Counted from the stretch's first letter, positions 1-11,767 are shown. The stretch is 64,000 nt of DNA from an uncultured Clostridia bacterium (GCA_963559065.1 CAUWIY010000001.1:5211-69210); one strand, 5' to 3'. Notes: generated by a model from the letters alone, not told the origin. A program made the numbers and translations.

Positions 1-368
1 TTGTTTTTACGCAAGAAGAATTATTAAATAAATTAAAAGGAAAATATGCAGATATAACAATAGATTTTGCTAATTCAGAAGAAATAAAAATTTTAGAATA
101 TACAGAAAGTAAAAGAGTAAAAACTGTAAAGTTCGGAAATCATGAAATTTCAGGAGTAGAAGCAAGAACGTTATTAGGACTGAAATCAACTAATTTTGAA
201 ATAAAAACAGAAGATGGTAAAATTAAGTTTACTGTGAAAGGATATGGTCATGGTGTAGGAATGAGTCAAACAGGAGCAGATAGTATGGCAAAAAGGGGAA
301 GTAAAGCGGAAGAAATAATTAAACATTTTTATGCAGGAGTAGAAATTAGTGAAGTTAATGACTTATAG
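1..368 (+). CDS. spoIID: Stage II sporulation protein D, C-terminal fragment truncated by the window edge
   Basis: Open frame from position 3 to TAG at 366-368. The translation contains KGYGHGVGMSQTGADSMAKRG, typical of the SpoIID/LytB family. Confidence 0.8.
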   Translation, partial: VFTQEELLNKLKGKYADITIDFANSEEIKILEYTESKRVKTVKFGNHEISGVEARTLLGLKSTNFEIKTEDGKIKFTVKGYGHGVGMSQTGADSMAKRGSKAEEIIKHFYAGVEISEVNDL

Positions 369-515
369 TTAATAATTTCATTAAATAGCAGTTATCTTTT
401 AAATTTTAGCAATTATCTGATAAAAGAAGATTTTAAATAAGGCAATTTAAAGTGTATATTTTTATAAAATCCGGAAATAATTGTAATATAAAAATAATTA
501 ATCGAGGAGGATTTT

Positions 516-1379
516 ATGAGAAGAGATAGAAGAAATAAAAATAATCAGGGAGACATACTAAATGAAAAAATTATAAAATATACAACAATAGGAGTATCAA
601 TTTTAGCAGTAATTGTTTTTGCGTTGCTAATTTATAGTAAAAGTTTGAATGATAAAGTAAAAGATAGTACTTTAAGTGATGAACAAATTGCAAGTATTTT
701 AAATAATTCAAATACTCAAGAAAGTGAAAGTACTAGTACAGAAATAGGAAAAAGTGTTAATGAAGTACAGAATCAAATATCAGAAAATAGTTCAAGTGTA
801 AATGAAAATACAACAAATTCTAAACCAGAAACAAATAAAAATACAGAAAATATATTAAACACAAATAAAATAACAAATACATCTAATTCTGTGACACAAA
901 ATAATACAGTAACTACAAACTCAGAAAAGAATAATAAGGAAGAAAAAAAGCCAGAGGAAAAAACAACAGTAGAACTTAATTTTGTAAAACCAGTAGAAGG
1001 AGAGATTGTGAGAGATTTTGCAGTAGATAGTTTAATTTTTTCTGAGACATTACAAGAATGGACAACACATACTGGAATTGATATAAAAGCAGACAAAACA
1101 ACAGTTGTAAAATCAGCAGAGAAGGGAACTGTAAAAAGTATTAAAAATGACCCAAGATATGGTTTAACTGTAGTTGTTGAACATGAGGGTGGTTTTAAAA
1201 CAGTATATTCTAATTTATTAACATCAGAATTTGTAGTAGAAGGAGAAAAAATAGAAAAAGGACAATCAATAGGAACAGTAGGAAATACAGCTGCTTTTGA
1301 AATTGCAGATGCTCCACATTTACATTTTGAAATATTAAAAGATTCTGTACAAGTTGATCCTAATATTTATATAAAATAG
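516..1379 (+). CDS. spoIIQ: M23/LytM-domain sporulation protein, SpoIIQ-like (N-terminal TM, Asn/Thr-rich linker)
   Basis: RBS GAGGAGG upstream. Has a TM segment. The C-terminal LytM domain has intact HTGIDI and HLHFE metal-ligand motifs. It lies next to spoIID, as in clostridia. Confidence 0.65.
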   Translation: MRRDRRNKNNQGDILNEKIIKYTTIGVSILAVIVFALLIYSKSLNDKVKDSTLSDEQIASILNNSNTQESESTSTEIGKSVNEVQNQISENSSSVNENTTNSKPETNKNTENILNTNKITNTSNSVTQNNTVTTNSEKNNKEEKKPEEKTTVELNFVKPVEGEIVRDFAVDSLIFSETLQEWTTHTGIDIKADKTTVVKSAEKGTVKSIKNDPRYGLTVVVEHEGGFKTVYSNLLTSEFVVEGEKIEKGQSIGTVGNTAAFEIADAPHLHFEILKDSVQVDPNIYIK

Positions 1380-1679
1380 TTTAATAAAAGTAAGATATAA
1401 AAATAACAATACTATTAATTAATAAAGTATTGATGAAAATATCTTACTTTTTGATTGTACATATTTGTTATAGTATCAAAAGTTGATTTTCTTAGGAATA
1501 ACAAAAACTTATCAATTATAAATTATGTAAATTAACCTTAAAAATTTGTAAAATGACTTGACAGTTAAGCATAATAAAGATAAAATATAATAGGTAAGAA
1601 AAAAATATATTAATAGAAATAAGTAATATATATATTTGATTCGAACATTGAAAATTAAATAAGAAAGAGGTGTAGATTC

Positions 1680-3221
1680 ATGGAAATAGGAATCATTATC
1701 GCCGCTGTCTTAATCTCATTTGCAATAGGGATACCAGTAGGGATTGCATATAGGAAAAAAGTTGCAGAATCTAAAATAAGAAGTGCTGAAGAAGAAGCTA
1801 AAAAAATAGTGGATTTATCAAAAATTGAAGCAGAAAATCTAAAAAAGGCAGAAATTATTAAAGCCAAAGAAGAGATAGTAAATAGCAGAAAAGAATTAGA
1901 TCAAGAGATTAGAGAAAGAAGAGGCGAAGTTCAAAGACAAGAAACAAGACTTATACAAAAAGAAGAAAATTTGGAAAGACGTTCAGAAAATTTTGAGAAA
2001 AAAGAAGAAGATTTAGAATTAAGATTAAAAGAATTAGAACAACAAAAACAAGAAATTGAAAATCTACAAAAACAAGAAATGGAAGAACTTCAAAGAATTG
2101 CAGGACTAAGCAAAGAAGAAGCAAAAGATACTCTATTAAAAGAAGTAGAAAAACAAATTATTGCAGAAAAAGCAGCAATTATAAGGGAAGAAAACCAAAA
2201 AGCCAAAGAAGACATAACAAAAAATGCTAAAGAATTATTAACATATGCTGTTCAAAAATGTGCAGCTGACCATTCTCAAGAAACAACAGTATCTATAGTA
2301 TCTCTTCCAAGTGATGAAATGAAGGGAAGAATTATAGGTAGAGAAGGTAGAAATATTAAAGCATTAGAAACTTTAACAGGAGTTGATTTAATAATAGATG
2401 ATACGCCAGAAGCTGTAGTTTTATCAGGATTTGACCCATTAAGAAGAGAAGTAGCTAAAATAGCATTGGAAAAATTGCTTGATGATGGAAGAATTCATCC
2501 AGCTAAAATAGAAGAAATGGTAGAAAAGGCTAAACAAGAAATAGAAGAAACTATAAAAGCAGAAGGAGAAAGAGCTGTATTAGAAACAGGTGTAATAGGA
2601 CTACATCCAGACATAGTAAAATTAATAGGTAAATTAAAATATAGAACAAGTTATGGGCAAAATGTACTAAACCATTCTATAGAAGTTTCTAATTTAGCAA
2701 GAATAATGGCAGATGAATTAGGGTTAGATACTAAAATAGCAAGACGTGCAGGGTTATTACATGACCTTGGAAAAGCATTAGATCATGACATGGAAGGAAC
2801 ACATATTGAAATAGGTGTTGAAGTATTAAAGAAATATAAAGAAAACCCATTAGTAATAAATGCAGTTGAAGCACATCATGGAGATGTTGAACCACAAACA
2901 TTAGAAGCTGTTTTGGTACAAGCCGCAGATGCAATTAGTGCATCAAGACCAGGCGCAAGAAGAGAAACGTTAGAAACATATATTAAGAGATTACAAAATC
3001 TTGAAGAAATTGCAGATTCATTTGATGGAGTAGAAAAATCATTTGCTATACAAGCAGGTCGTGAAGTAAGAATTATTGTAAAACCAGATAAAATTAATGA
3101 TGATCAAATGACAATTCTTGCAAGAGATGTTGCTAAAAAAGTAGAAAATGAAATGGATTATCCAGGACAAATTAAAGTTAATATTATTAGAGAGACTAGA
3201 GTAGTGGATTATGCAAAATAA
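1680..3221 (+). CDS. rny: Ribonuclease Y (N-terminal TM, coiled coil, KH and HD domains)
   Basis: 513 aa. Motifs [12 protein letters not shown] (KH) and LLHDLGKA (HD). Canonical rny-ymdB-spoVS synteny. Confidence 0.95.
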   Translation: MEIGIIIAAVLISFAIGIPVGIAYRKKVAESKIRSAEEEAKKIVDLSKIEAENLKKAEIIKAKEEIVNSRKELDQEIRERRGEVQRQETRLIQKEENLERRSENFEKKEEDLELRLKELEQQKQEIENLQKQEMEELQRIAGLSKEEAKDTLLKEVEKQIIAEKAAIIREENQKAKEDITKNAKELLTYAVQKCAADHSQETTVSIVSLPSDEMKGRIIGREGRNIKALETLTGVDLIIDDTPEAVVLSGFDPLRREVAKIALEKLLDDGRIHPAKIEEMVEKAKQEIEETIKAEGERAVLETGVIGLHPDIVKLIGKLKYRTSYGQNVLNHSIEVSNLARIMADELGLDTKIARRAGLLHDLGKALDHDMEGTHIEIGVEVLKKYKENPLVINAVEAHHGDVEPQTLEAVLVQAADAISASRPGARRETLETYIKRLQNLEEIADSFDGVEKSFAIQAGREVRIIVKPDKINDDQMTILARDVAKKVENEMDYPGQIKVNIIRETRVVDYAK

Positions 3222-3469
3222 TTTCTGAAATAGTTGAATTAACTATAAAAGCAAAAACTGTGAAATTAGTAAAACAAAAAACCTTTTTAGTATATAAAGT
3301 ATTATTAAAAAGGTTTTTACTTAGCTGATTTATCACAGTTTTTTTCGTGTAAGAAGAATATTTTATTATGCTGTTTCATAGATAAACATGAAACATCAAA
3401 CTTGATTATTTTTTAGAGTTATAGTATTATAAGATAAGAATTTTATGATAAAAGGAGAGAAGGGTTATT

Positions 3470-4246
3470 ATGAAAGTATTAGCAGTTGGAGATATAGTAG
3501 GCTCATTAGGAATAAATGAAATGAAAATAAGGTTAAAAGAAATAAGAGAAAAAGAAAATATAGATTTTGTAATAGTAAATGCAGAAAATTCAGCAGAAGG
3601 AATGGGAATTACAGAGAAAAACTTTAAAGATATAATATCTCAAAATGTTGATTGTATAACAATGGGAAATCATACATGGGGAAAAAAAGATATATTTAAA
3701 TTTATTGATGATGAAAGAATTATAAGACCTGCAAATTATCCAAAAGGTGTTGTTGGAAAAGGATTTAATATATATAATTGTAACAATAAAAAAATTGCTG
3801 TTATTAATCTAATAGGAAGAGTAGATATAAATATATTAACAGAAAATCCATTTTTAGAAGCAAAAAAAATAGTAGAAAATATTAAAAATAAAGTAGATAT
3901 GATATTTGTAGATTTTCATGCTGAAGCAACAGCAGAAAAAATAGCTTTAGGAAATTATTTAGATGGATTAGTAACAGCTGTTTTTGGAACACATACACAT
4001 GTCCAAACTGCAGATGAAAGAATAATGCCAAAAGGAACGGCATATATTACAGACATTGGTATGACTGGACCAAAGAATTCTGTTATAGGAATGAATATAC
4101 AGGCATCTGTAAAAAGATTTGAAACAGCATTACCAGAAAGATATAAAATAGCAGAAGGAGAATGTATTTTTAATGGAGTTATTTTTGAGATAGATGATAA
4201 AACATCAAAAGTAACAAATATAAAAAGAGTTTACTTAAATAAATAA
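3470..4246 (+). CDS. ymdB: YmdB-family metallophosphoesterase (2',3'-cyclic-nucleotide 2'-phosphodiesterase)
   Basis: MKVLAVGDIVG, NAENSAEGMGIT and GNHTWGKK motifs. Sits immediately downstream of rny. Confidence 0.85.
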   Translation: MKVLAVGDIVGSLGINEMKIRLKEIREKENIDFVIVNAENSAEGMGITEKNFKDIISQNVDCITMGNHTWGKKDIFKFIDDERIIRPANYPKGVVGKGFNIYNCNNKKIAVINLIGRVDINILTENPFLEAKKIVENIKNKVDMIFVDFHAEATAEKIALGNYLDGLVTAVFGTHTHVQTADERIMPKGTAYITDIGMTGPKNSVIGMNIQASVKRFETALPERYKIAEGECIFNGVIFEIDDKTSKVTNIKRVYLNK

Positions 4247-4385
4247 GATGTCGAAAAATAATTAAAATTGCGATGAGATTTGTAAAAATTTTCCATAAAC
4301 GTATTTACAATTTTTTCCATATGATATAAAATATTATTATAAAAGTTGCAACAAAAAATAAATTAATAATAGGAGGCAAAAGAAA

Positions 4386-4649
4386 ATGGAAATTTTAAAA
4401 ATTTCATCAAAATCAAACCCTAATTCAGTAGCAGGAGCAATTGCTGGATTAGTAAAAGAATCAAATAAAGCAGAAATGCAAGCAATTGGAGCAGGAGCAT
4501 TAAATCAAGCTGTAAAAGCAGTAGCAATAGCAAGAGGTTTTGTTGCTCCATCAGGAGTGGACTTAGTTTGTATACCAGCATTTGCAGATGTAGAAGTCGA
4601 AGGAGAAGGTAGAACAGGAATTAAACTTATTGTGGAATCAAGAGTATAA
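4386..4649 (+). CDS. spoVS: Stage V sporulation protein S
   Basis: 87 aa with MEILKISSKSNPNSVAGAIAG...AIGAGALNQAVKAVAIARGF, the highly conserved SpoVS sequence. RBS AGGAGG. Confidence 0.9.
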   Translation: MEILKISSKSNPNSVAGAIAGLVKESNKAEMQAIGAGALNQAVKAVAIARGFVAPSGVDLVCIPAFADVEVEGEGRTGIKLIVESRV

Positions 4650-4658
4650 ATTATATAG

Positions 4659-4689
4659 AACCATATTCTTTTTGAATATGGTTTTTTTG
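4659..4689 (+). terminator. Rho-independent terminator after spoVS
   Basis: Stem aaccatattc/gaatatggtt followed by a T-run. Confidence 0.7.
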
Positions 4690-4803
4690 ATGAATAGTAT
4701 AGCAGGTGATGAAAAAAAGTGAAACTTAAATATGGCAATATATTGACTTTTTAAATTGGATATGTGAAAATAAAGAAAATATATAACGAAAGGAAGAAAT
4801 TAA

Positions 4804-5265
4804 ATGGAAAAAATAAGAGGATTTGAAATTGCGAAAGGGTTTGAAGACAAAAACATAAATCTACCAATTAGAAAAACAAAATATTCAGCAGGATATGATA
4901 TAGAAGCAGCTGAAGATACAATAATTCCAAGTTTTAAAAAAGGTATGGCTCCAACATTAGTAAAAACAGGACTAAAATCATATATGCAAGATGATGAAGT
5001 ACTAATGTTGTACAACAGAAGTTCTAATCCAAAAAAGAAAGGATTAATCTTAGCAAATAGTGTAGGAGTTATTGATAAAGATTATTATGGAAATGAAGAT
5101 AATGATGGACATATAATGTTTGCATTTTATAATATAAAAGAAGAAGATATAACAATAAAAAAAGGGGAAGCAATAGGGCAAGGTGTTTTCCAAAAGTATT
5201 TTGTAACTGATAATGATAATGCAGAAGGAAAAAGAGTAGGAGGATTTGGTTCTACATCAAAATAG
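4804..5265 (+). CDS. dut: dUTP diphosphatase
   Basis: SAGYDI motif and C-terminal RVGGFGSTSK motif of trimeric dUTPases. Confidence 0.85.
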   Translation: MEKIRGFEIAKGFEDKNINLPIRKTKYSAGYDIEAAEDTIIPSFKKGMAPTLVKTGLKSYMQDDEVLMLYNRSSNPKKKGLILANSVGVIDKDYYGNEDNDGHIMFAFYNIKEEDITIKKGEAIGQGVFQKYFVTDNDNAEGKRVGGFGSTSK

Positions 5266-5341
5266 GTAAATATAATATAAAAATAAAAATATAAAAAAAT
5301 TTTTGGCTTGAAATATAGCCACTTGTAGCCGAAATTACATA

Positions 5342-5373
5342 AAAAGTCAAAATAAAAGCTTTGACTTTTTTCT
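5342..5373 (+). terminator. Rho-independent terminator after dut
   Basis: Stem aaaagtcaaa/tttgactttt plus a T-tract. Confidence 0.65.
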
Positions 5374-5495
5374 TTTTTTGTTGTATAATAAATATGGTTA
5401 AAAAATCCAATAAAGTTATTTCATATTGACTTAACTTTATAATATTTTTTTGCTGAAAAATATTTATAATAACAATGTGGAAGGAGTTGACTTAC

Positions 5496-6065
5496 ATGTT
5501 TAATGTAGGAGACAAAATAGTATATCCAATGCATGGAGCAGGCACAATAGATTCAATAGAGGAAAAAGATATTTTGGGAGAGAAACAATCATATTACATC
5601 TTAAAAATGCCAAGCGATGTAAAAGTTATGATTCCAACAGCAAAGGCAGAAGAGGTAGGTGTAAGAAATATTATAGATAAACAATCAGCAGAAAATGTAT
5701 TTAAAATACTAAGTCAAGATGAAACTGAAATGGACAAAAATTGGAATAAAAGATATAGAGATAATATGGAAAAAATGAAAAGTGGAGACATCTATGAAGT
5801 TGCAGATGTAGTTAGAAATTTAAGCTTTAAACAAAAAGAAAAAGGTCTTTCTACAGGAGAAAAGAAAATGCTAAATAATGCTAAACAAATTTTAGTTAGT
5901 GAATTAGTTTTAGCAGAACATGCAAATCAAGATGAAGTAGAAGAACAAATAGAAAACAAAATTAATACTTCTTTTATGACTTTTAGAGCTGAAGGAATAG
6001 AACAAGAAAGTATTGTAAATAAATTTATACCATTTGATAGTAGTGATGGTGACGTTAATTTATAA
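5496..6065 (+). CDS. carD: CarD/CdnL-family RNA polymerase-binding transcription regulator
   Basis: MFNVGDKIVYPMHGAGTI...YYILKMP N-terminal Tudor-like domain. I prefer the start at the ATG at 5496 because GGAGG lies upstream; the track ORF starts at 5475. Confidence 0.85.
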   Translation: MFNVGDKIVYPMHGAGTIDSIEEKDILGEKQSYYILKMPSDVKVMIPTAKAEEVGVRNIIDKQSAENVFKILSQDETEMDKNWNKRYRDNMEKMKSGDIYEVADVVRNLSFKQKEKGLSTGEKKMLNNAKQILVSELVLAEHANQDEVEEQIENKINTSFMTFRAEGIEQESIVNKFIPFDSSDGDVNL

Positions 6066-6268
6066 TTTATAAAAATCAGAAATTAGAAGGTATATACCAA
6101 TAGGTATATATCTTTTTTCTGTTGTCCAAAGAGAGGTCACTTTAATTGAGAAAAATATTTAGAAATTTTTATAAAAATCTATTGACAATTATAAAAAAAG
6201 AATATAAAATATGAACAACAAGAACGAACAATATTTTGCAAAACAAAAATTTGTTAGGAGTGATTAAT

Positions 6269-6799
6269 ATGAAAATAATGAGCAAAAAAATTAATTTTAA
6301 AATAACAATAGAAGATTCAATTGAAAGACATCCAGTTCCAGTATTAGGAGTTGATTATAAAGTAAAAATAATCTATAAAAACATCAAATATGCTGAACTA
6401 GATATAGAAAATAAATTAATAAAAATATCACTTCCAAACAAACATAAAAAAATGAATAATGAAAAGATATTAGATATGGCAATAGAAAAAATGTATGAAC
6501 AGATTGCAAAAGTAGAAGTTGAAAGAGCTATGGAAAAAACAAGAATCTTATTAGGATTTGCTCCAGAGGATTACGAAATTAAGCATATAAATAATGAATT
6601 GGGAAAATGTGAGAAAGATAGAATAATAATAAATCCTAATATTGTAAAATATAACAGAAATATAATAGATTATATTATTTTACACGAATATTGTCATTTA
6701 AAATATAAAACTCATTGCAAAGGATTTATAAATTTAATACAAAAGTATCAGCCATCATATGTAAAATATGATGAAATGATAAAAAATATACAAGCATAA
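6269..6799 (+). CDS. YgjP-like (DUF45/M48 family) zinc metallohydrolase
   Basis: HEYCH (HExxH) motif near the C-terminus, in the typical DUF45 layout. The start at the internal ATG after GGAG is an inference. Confidence 0.65.
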   Translation: MKIMSKKINFKITIEDSIERHPVPVLGVDYKVKIIYKNIKYAELDIENKLIKISLPNKHKKMNNEKILDMAIEKMYEQIAKVEVERAMEKTRILLGFAPEDYEIKHINNELGKCEKDRIIINPNIVKYNRNIIDYIILHEYCHLKYKTHCKGFINLIQKYQPSYVKYDEMIKNIQA

Positions 6800-6875
6800 T
6801 AATAAAAATGTCGATTTTACACTAAAAAGCAAACAATAGAATATAATATAGTAAAAATATGAGAAGGGGTGTAAA

Positions 6876-7019
6876 ATGACAAATAAAGAAAAAATTGATG
6901 AATTTATTTTAAATCATTGTAAAAATTGTATTAATAAAAATACAAACAAGTGTAGAATTACCATAAATAGAAAAGGAGAGGCTAAATGTGTAGAAGAAAG
7001 GGCAAATAATAAAAAATAA
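6876..7019 (+). CDS. Small (47 aa) Cys-containing hypothetical protein
   Basis: RBS GAAGGGG 6-7 nt before the ATG. Has CxxC plus two further Cys. Not in the ORF track because it is under 60 aa. Confidence 0.35.
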   Translation: MTNKEKIDEFILNHCKNCINKNTNKCRITINRKGEAKCVEERANNKK

Positions 7020-7110
7020 TATTAAAAAAGAACATAAAAAATCGAGAGTGTAATAATTAAAAAATTTAATTATTACACTAAGTCTTTTAGTAAAAAATTT
7101 ATAAAAAAGA

Positions 7111-7740
7111 TTAATGTGGATAATTAATTTTAAAAGTAGGTATGCCTGTAGAATAAGGTGCAATATCATATTGCTGAAAATATACAAATATATTGTATGG
7201 AGTAAGATAAAATTGATAAGGTTTAAATGTTTCTAACACTAGTGAACAATAATCTTCAAAGTAGTATTCTACACCTTGCTTTTTTATTTGATTATTAATT
7301 TGTTTTAAAATGTAAAGTATGTAATTTGGGTCATTATAAAAAATACTTGATAAAGGAAATTGACTATTATATTCTAAATTCCAATTTTGAGAACTTCTAA
7401 TTGTAGAACCATGAGCACCACCAGAAAAGGTATATTTATCTTGATATAAACTTATATTTGGAATATGATTATAAGTAATATAAGTTTTTAAAATTAACTC
7501 ATATACCATAACAGGGAAACCTTGAGAAATATTATAATCATAGGTATCTTTTGCAGCTGAAAATAATGTTTCTTTAGCATATTTTTCTAACTTAATAGCT
7601 TTATTTAAATTAAACGAATTAAATTTATTAGTATTGTAGTAATCAGAATAAACTTGTGGATATTCAATTTCATATGTTAATATAATAGTTCCTTTATATT
7701 TTAATTCATTTTTTAATGTTTTTATTTCTATTTTTAACAT
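7111..7740 (-). CDS. DUF3298/DUF4163-domain protein (RsiV/PdaC C-terminal-like fold), no TM
   Basis: FSGGAHGS motif and the overall pattern of DUF4163+DUF3298 proteins. Resembles the C-terminal part of the anti-sigma protein at 50562. Confidence 0.55.
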   Translation of the reverse strand: MLKIEIKTLKNELKYKGTIILTYEIEYPQVYSDYYNTNKFNSFNLNKAIKLEKYAKETLFSAAKDTYDYNISQGFPVMVYELILKTYITYNHIPNISLYQDKYTFSGGAHGSTIRSSQNWNLEYNSQFPLSSIFYNDPNYILYILKQINNQIKKQGVEYYFEDYCSLVLETFKPYQFYLTPYNIFVYFQQYDIAPYSTGIPTFKINYPH

Positions 7741-7858
7741 ATAACATCACCTTATATATTTTATGAAATTAATAATAAAAAGTTAAATAAACTGAATAAC
7801 TTTTCTTGAATTTTACAATTAAAAAATATATAATATGAAAATATAAAAGCAGAAAGGT

Positions 7859-8614
7859 TTGAGAAAGTTGAATGATAAAATTGGAGTATTTGATTCTGGG
7901 ATAGGTGGAGTAACAGTACTAAAAGAAATAATAAAAATTTTGCCATATGAAAATTATATATATTATAGTGATTCAATAAATAATCCATATGGAGACAAAA
8001 CAGATAAAGAAATATTTGAAATTTGCGACAATATTGTAAGAAAATTTATTAATAAAAAATGTAAAGCTATTGTTATTGCATGTAATACAGCAAGTGCAAA
8101 AGCAGCAAAACTATTAAGAGAAAAATATCCACAAATACCGATAATAGCTATAGAACCTGCATATAAAATGGTTTATGATTTTGCATATGATGAAGTTACA
8201 TTAGTAATGGCGACAAGGGGAACAATAGAAAGTGAAAAATTTCATAAACTATATAATAAATATGATAATCATAAAACATATTTGATGGCATGCCAAGGAT
8301 TGGCTGATATTATAGAAGATGGAGAACAATTAAAAATACAAGAATACTTAAAAAGGAATTTAGCCAAATATGCAGGAAAAGTACATAATGTAGTTTTAGG
8401 ATGTACACATTATCCATTAATACAAAATGAAATACAAGAGATATTAGGAGAAGTAAGATTTTTTAATGGTGCAAATAGTTTAGCAAAACACCTAAAAAAT
8501 GTTTTAAAAGAAAAGAACATATTATGTGAGTCATTAAATGCAGGAAGTATAGAATTTATAGATTCTAGTAATTCAGAATTTAAGAAAAAAAGGTTTTTTG
8601 AAAACTTAAAATAA
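7859..8614 (+). CDS. murI: Glutamate racemase
   Basis: GVFDSGIGGVTVL, IACNTASA and LGCTHYPL motifs. TTG start; the exact start is uncertain (7859 or 7868). Confidence 0.9.
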   Translation: MRKLNDKIGVFDSGIGGVTVLKEIIKILPYENYIYYSDSINNPYGDKTDKEIFEICDNIVRKFINKKCKAIVIACNTASAKAAKLLREKYPQIPIIAIEPAYKMVYDFAYDEVTLVMATRGTIESEKFHKLYNKYDNHKTYLMACQGLADIIEDGEQLKIQEYLKRNLAKYAGKVHNVVLGCTHYPLIQNEIQEILGEVRFFNGANSLAKHLKNVLKEKNILCESLNAGSIEFIDSSNSEFKKKRFFENLK

Positions 8615-8710
8615 AAAGAAAAAATGTTCGCAAAAGCTATTGACAAAATAAAAATACGAATATATAATAAGACCGAACAAATATTTTATTTAAATTTAGG
8701 AGGTCTTTTT

Positions 8711-10342
8711 ATGATATCAACACTACATATTAAAAATATAGGGATAATAGATGATATATGTATAGATTTAAACAAAGGATTAAATGTTTTAACAGGAGAA
8801 ACAGGAGCTGGGAAGACATTAATAATTGATTCATTAGGCATAATATCTGGTGGGAGATTTTCTAAAGATATGATAAGAAAAGGTGAAACAAATTCATTTG
8901 TAGAAATATGTATGTATGATCCAGAAAATGAAAATTCAATAGATGGAAATATTATTGTATCAAGAGAAATTAATATTACTGGTAAAAATATGTGCAAAAT
9001 AAATGGAAGAATGGTAACTGTTAATGAATTAAAGAATTTCATGAGTAAGTTTATAGAAATTCATGGACAAAATGATAATCAGAGTTTATTAGATAATAAG
9101 TTTCATTTGAAATATTTAGATGGATTTATTGGTAGTAAAATATTTGGAATAAAAAAAGAATATAAAGAAAAATATCAAAAATATGTAGAAATAAAGCAAG
9201 AATTAAAAATAAATTATGGTAATGATAAAGAAAGAGAAAGAAAATTAGATTTACTTAAATATCAATTAAATGAGATACAAGAAGCAAATTTAAAAGAGAA
9301 TGAAGAAGAAAAATTAGAAGAAAAAAGAAAACTAATAGTAAATTCAGAAAAAATATCAAAAAATTTGCAAGAAGCGGATATATCTATTGGAGAAAATAGC
9401 ATAGACAATATAAATACAGCAATAAGAGCCTTAGAAAAGATAGAGAACATAGATGAAAAATATGCAAACATTACTAATAATTTAAAAAGTATTTATTATG
9501 AATTACAAGAAATTTCAAGGGATATTTCAGAATATAAAGATGATGTATATTTTGATGAAGAAGAGAGAAATGAAATTGAAGAAAGATTAGGACTAATTTA
9601 TAATCTAAAAAGAAAATATGGAAACAATATTCAAGAAATATTAAAATATAAAGAAGAAATTCAAGACGAAATTTCTCGTATTGAAAATTTAGATGAATAT
9701 AATAATAAATTAAAAAAGGAATTAAGACAAATTAAGGATGAAATGACAGTATTAGCTCAAAAAATTAGTCAATTTAGACAGGAATATGCCAAAGTCTTAA
9801 GTATAAATATAAATAAAGTTTTAGAAGATTTGGAAATGAAAAATGCTAACATAAATATACGTGTAGATTACTTTGAGGAAGAATTCTTTGAAAACGGGAA
9901 AGATGAAGTGGAATTTTATATTACTACAAATTTAGGTGAAGATGAAAAACAATTATCAAAAATAGCATCAGGAGGAGAAATGTCAAGAATAATGCTAGCA
10001 ATAAAAAAAGTGTTATCAGATACAGATAAAATGCCAGTATTAATTTTTGACGAGATTGACACCGGAATTAGTGGCAAAGCAGCAGGAGTTGTAGCAGAGA
10101 AATTAAATGAAATTTCCAAAAATCATCAAGTGCTATGTATTTCACATTTACCAAGTATTGCTGCTATTGCAGATTATAACTATTTTATAAGTAAAAAAGT
10201 AGTAGAAAATAGAACAAATACTAATATAAAATTATTAAATGAAAAAGAGACTCTTGAAGAAATTGCAAGAATTTCATCTGGAGAAATCAATGAAACTACA
10301 ATTCAATATGCTATGCAATTAAGAAATAAAAAAGCTTGTTAA
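8711..10342 (+). CDS. recN: DNA repair protein RecN
   Basis: Walker A GETGAGKT, a long coiled coil, and signature SGGEMSRIMLAIK with FDEIDTGISG. The start at 8711 follows GGAGG. Confidence 0.9.
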   Translation: MISTLHIKNIGIIDDICIDLNKGLNVLTGETGAGKTLIIDSLGIISGGRFSKDMIRKGETNSFVEICMYDPENENSIDGNIIVSREINITGKNMCKINGRMVTVNELKNFMSKFIEIHGQNDNQSLLDNKFHLKYLDGFIGSKIFGIKKEYKEKYQKYVEIKQELKINYGNDKERERKLDLLKYQLNEIQEANLKENEEEKLEEKRKLIVNSEKISKNLQEADISIGENSIDNINTAIRALEKIENIDEKYANITNNLKSIYYELQEISRDISEYKDDVYFDEEERNEIEERLGLIYNLKRKYGNNIQEILKYKEEIQDEISRIENLDEYNNKLKKELRQIKDEMTVLAQKISQFRQEYAKVLSININKVLEDLEMKNANINIRVDYFEEEFFENGKDEVEFYITTNLGEDEKQLSKIASGGEMSRIMLAIKKVLSDTDKMPVLIFDEIDTGISGKAAGVVAEKLNEISKNHQVLCISHLPSIAAIADYNYFISKKVVENRTNTNIKLLNEKETLEEIARISSGEINETTIQYAMQLRNKKAC

Positions 10343-10418
10343 AACTTATTTATTCAATAATCCATCTGTATAAAATTGGAAAAATAGTACAAAATATAAA
10401 AAAGGAAGGTGGATTTAT

Positions 10419-11696
10419 ATGAAAGAATATTTGAGAATAGAAAAGATAGAAGCCTTAGAGGTTTTAGATTCAAGAGGTAACCCAACCGTTCAAGTTGAAG
10501 TAGTAACAGAAGGTGGATTTTCAGGCACAGCTTTAGTGCCATCAGGTGCATCAACAGGAAGTTTTGAAGCGGTAGAATTGCGTGATAATGATAAAAGTAG
10601 ATTTATGGGAAAAGGTGTAAGTAAAGCTGTTGAAAATGTAAATAAAAAGATTGCTAAGAAGTTAGTAGATAAAAATGTGTATGACCAAATGGATATAGAT
10701 AGAAGTTTAATAGAATTAGATGATACTTTAAACAAATCTAATTTAGGAGCAAATGCAATATTAGGAGTTTCACTTGCTGTAGCAAAAGCTGCCGCAAATT
10801 CATTAGGGATGGAATTGTATAATTATATAGGTGGAATAAATGGTAGTGAGTTGCCAGTTCCTATGATGAATATACTAAATGGAGGAAAACATTCTGACAA
10901 CAATATTAACATACAAGAATTTATGATAATGCCAGTAGGAAGTATTACTTTTGCAGAAAGAATGCGTAGAGGAGTAGAAGTATATCATACATTAAAAAAG
11001 GTTTTAAAAGAAAAAGGATATTCAGTTGGTGTTGGTGATGAAGGTGGATTTGCTCCAAATTTAAAAAATGAAGAAGAAGCCTTAGATGTAATTGTAGAAG
11101 CTATAAAGAAAGCAGGATATGAACCTAAAAAAGATATATGTTTAGCATTAGATATTGCTAGTACAGAAATGTATGATGAAGCAAAAAAAATAGGTAAAGA
11201 TGGTTATTATTTTTGGAAAACAGATATATTAAAAACTAGAGAAGAAATGATACAATATATTGTAGATTTAACAGAAAAATATCCAATTATTTCTGTAGAA
11301 GATGGATTAGCAGAAGAAGACTGGGAAGGATGGAAAAAATTAACCGATAAATTGGGTAAAAAAATACAATTAGTAGGAGATGACTTATTTGTAACAAATC
11401 AGAAGAGATTACAAAGAGGAATAAAAGAAAATGTAGCAAATGCTATATTGATAAAGCCAAACCAAATAGGAACATTAACAGAAACTATAGAAACAATAAA
11501 AGAAGCAAAAAACAAAGGATATAAAACAATAATTTCGCATCGTTCTGGAGAAACAGAAGATACTACAATTGCTGATTTAGCAGTAGCTGTTAATGCAGGT
11601 CAAATAAAAACAGGAGCACCTTGTAGGATTGATAGAGTTTCTAAATATAACAGATTACTTAATATAGAACATCAGCTAAAAATTAATGAAGACTAG
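10419..11696 (+). CDS. eno: Enolase (phosphopyruvate hydratase)
   Basis: [20 protein letters not shown] and IKTGAPCR motifs. Confidence 0.95.
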   Translation: MKEYLRIEKIEALEVLDSRGNPTVQVEVVTEGGFSGTALVPSGASTGSFEAVELRDNDKSRFMGKGVSKAVENVNKKIAKKLVDKNVYDQMDIDRSLIELDDTLNKSNLGANAILGVSLAVAKAAANSLGMELYNYIGGINGSELPVPMMNILNGGKHSDNNINIQEFMIMPVGSITFAERMRRGVEVYHTLKKVLKEKGYSVGVGDEGGFAPNLKNEEEALDVIVEAIKKAGYEPKKDICLALDIASTEMYDEAKKIGKDGYYFWKTDILKTREEMIQYIVDLTEKYPIISVEDGLAEEDWEGWKKLTDKLGKKIQLVGDDLFVTNQKRLQRGIKENVANAILIKPNQIGTLTETIETIKEAKNKGYKTIISHRSGETEDTTIADLAVAVNAGQIKTGAPCRIDRVSKYNRLLNIEHQLKINED

Positions 11697-11767
11697 ACTT
11701 ATATAGAATAATATAATATTTAAATTTCTTATATATTTGCATATTACAAAAATAAAGTCAAAGAAGA

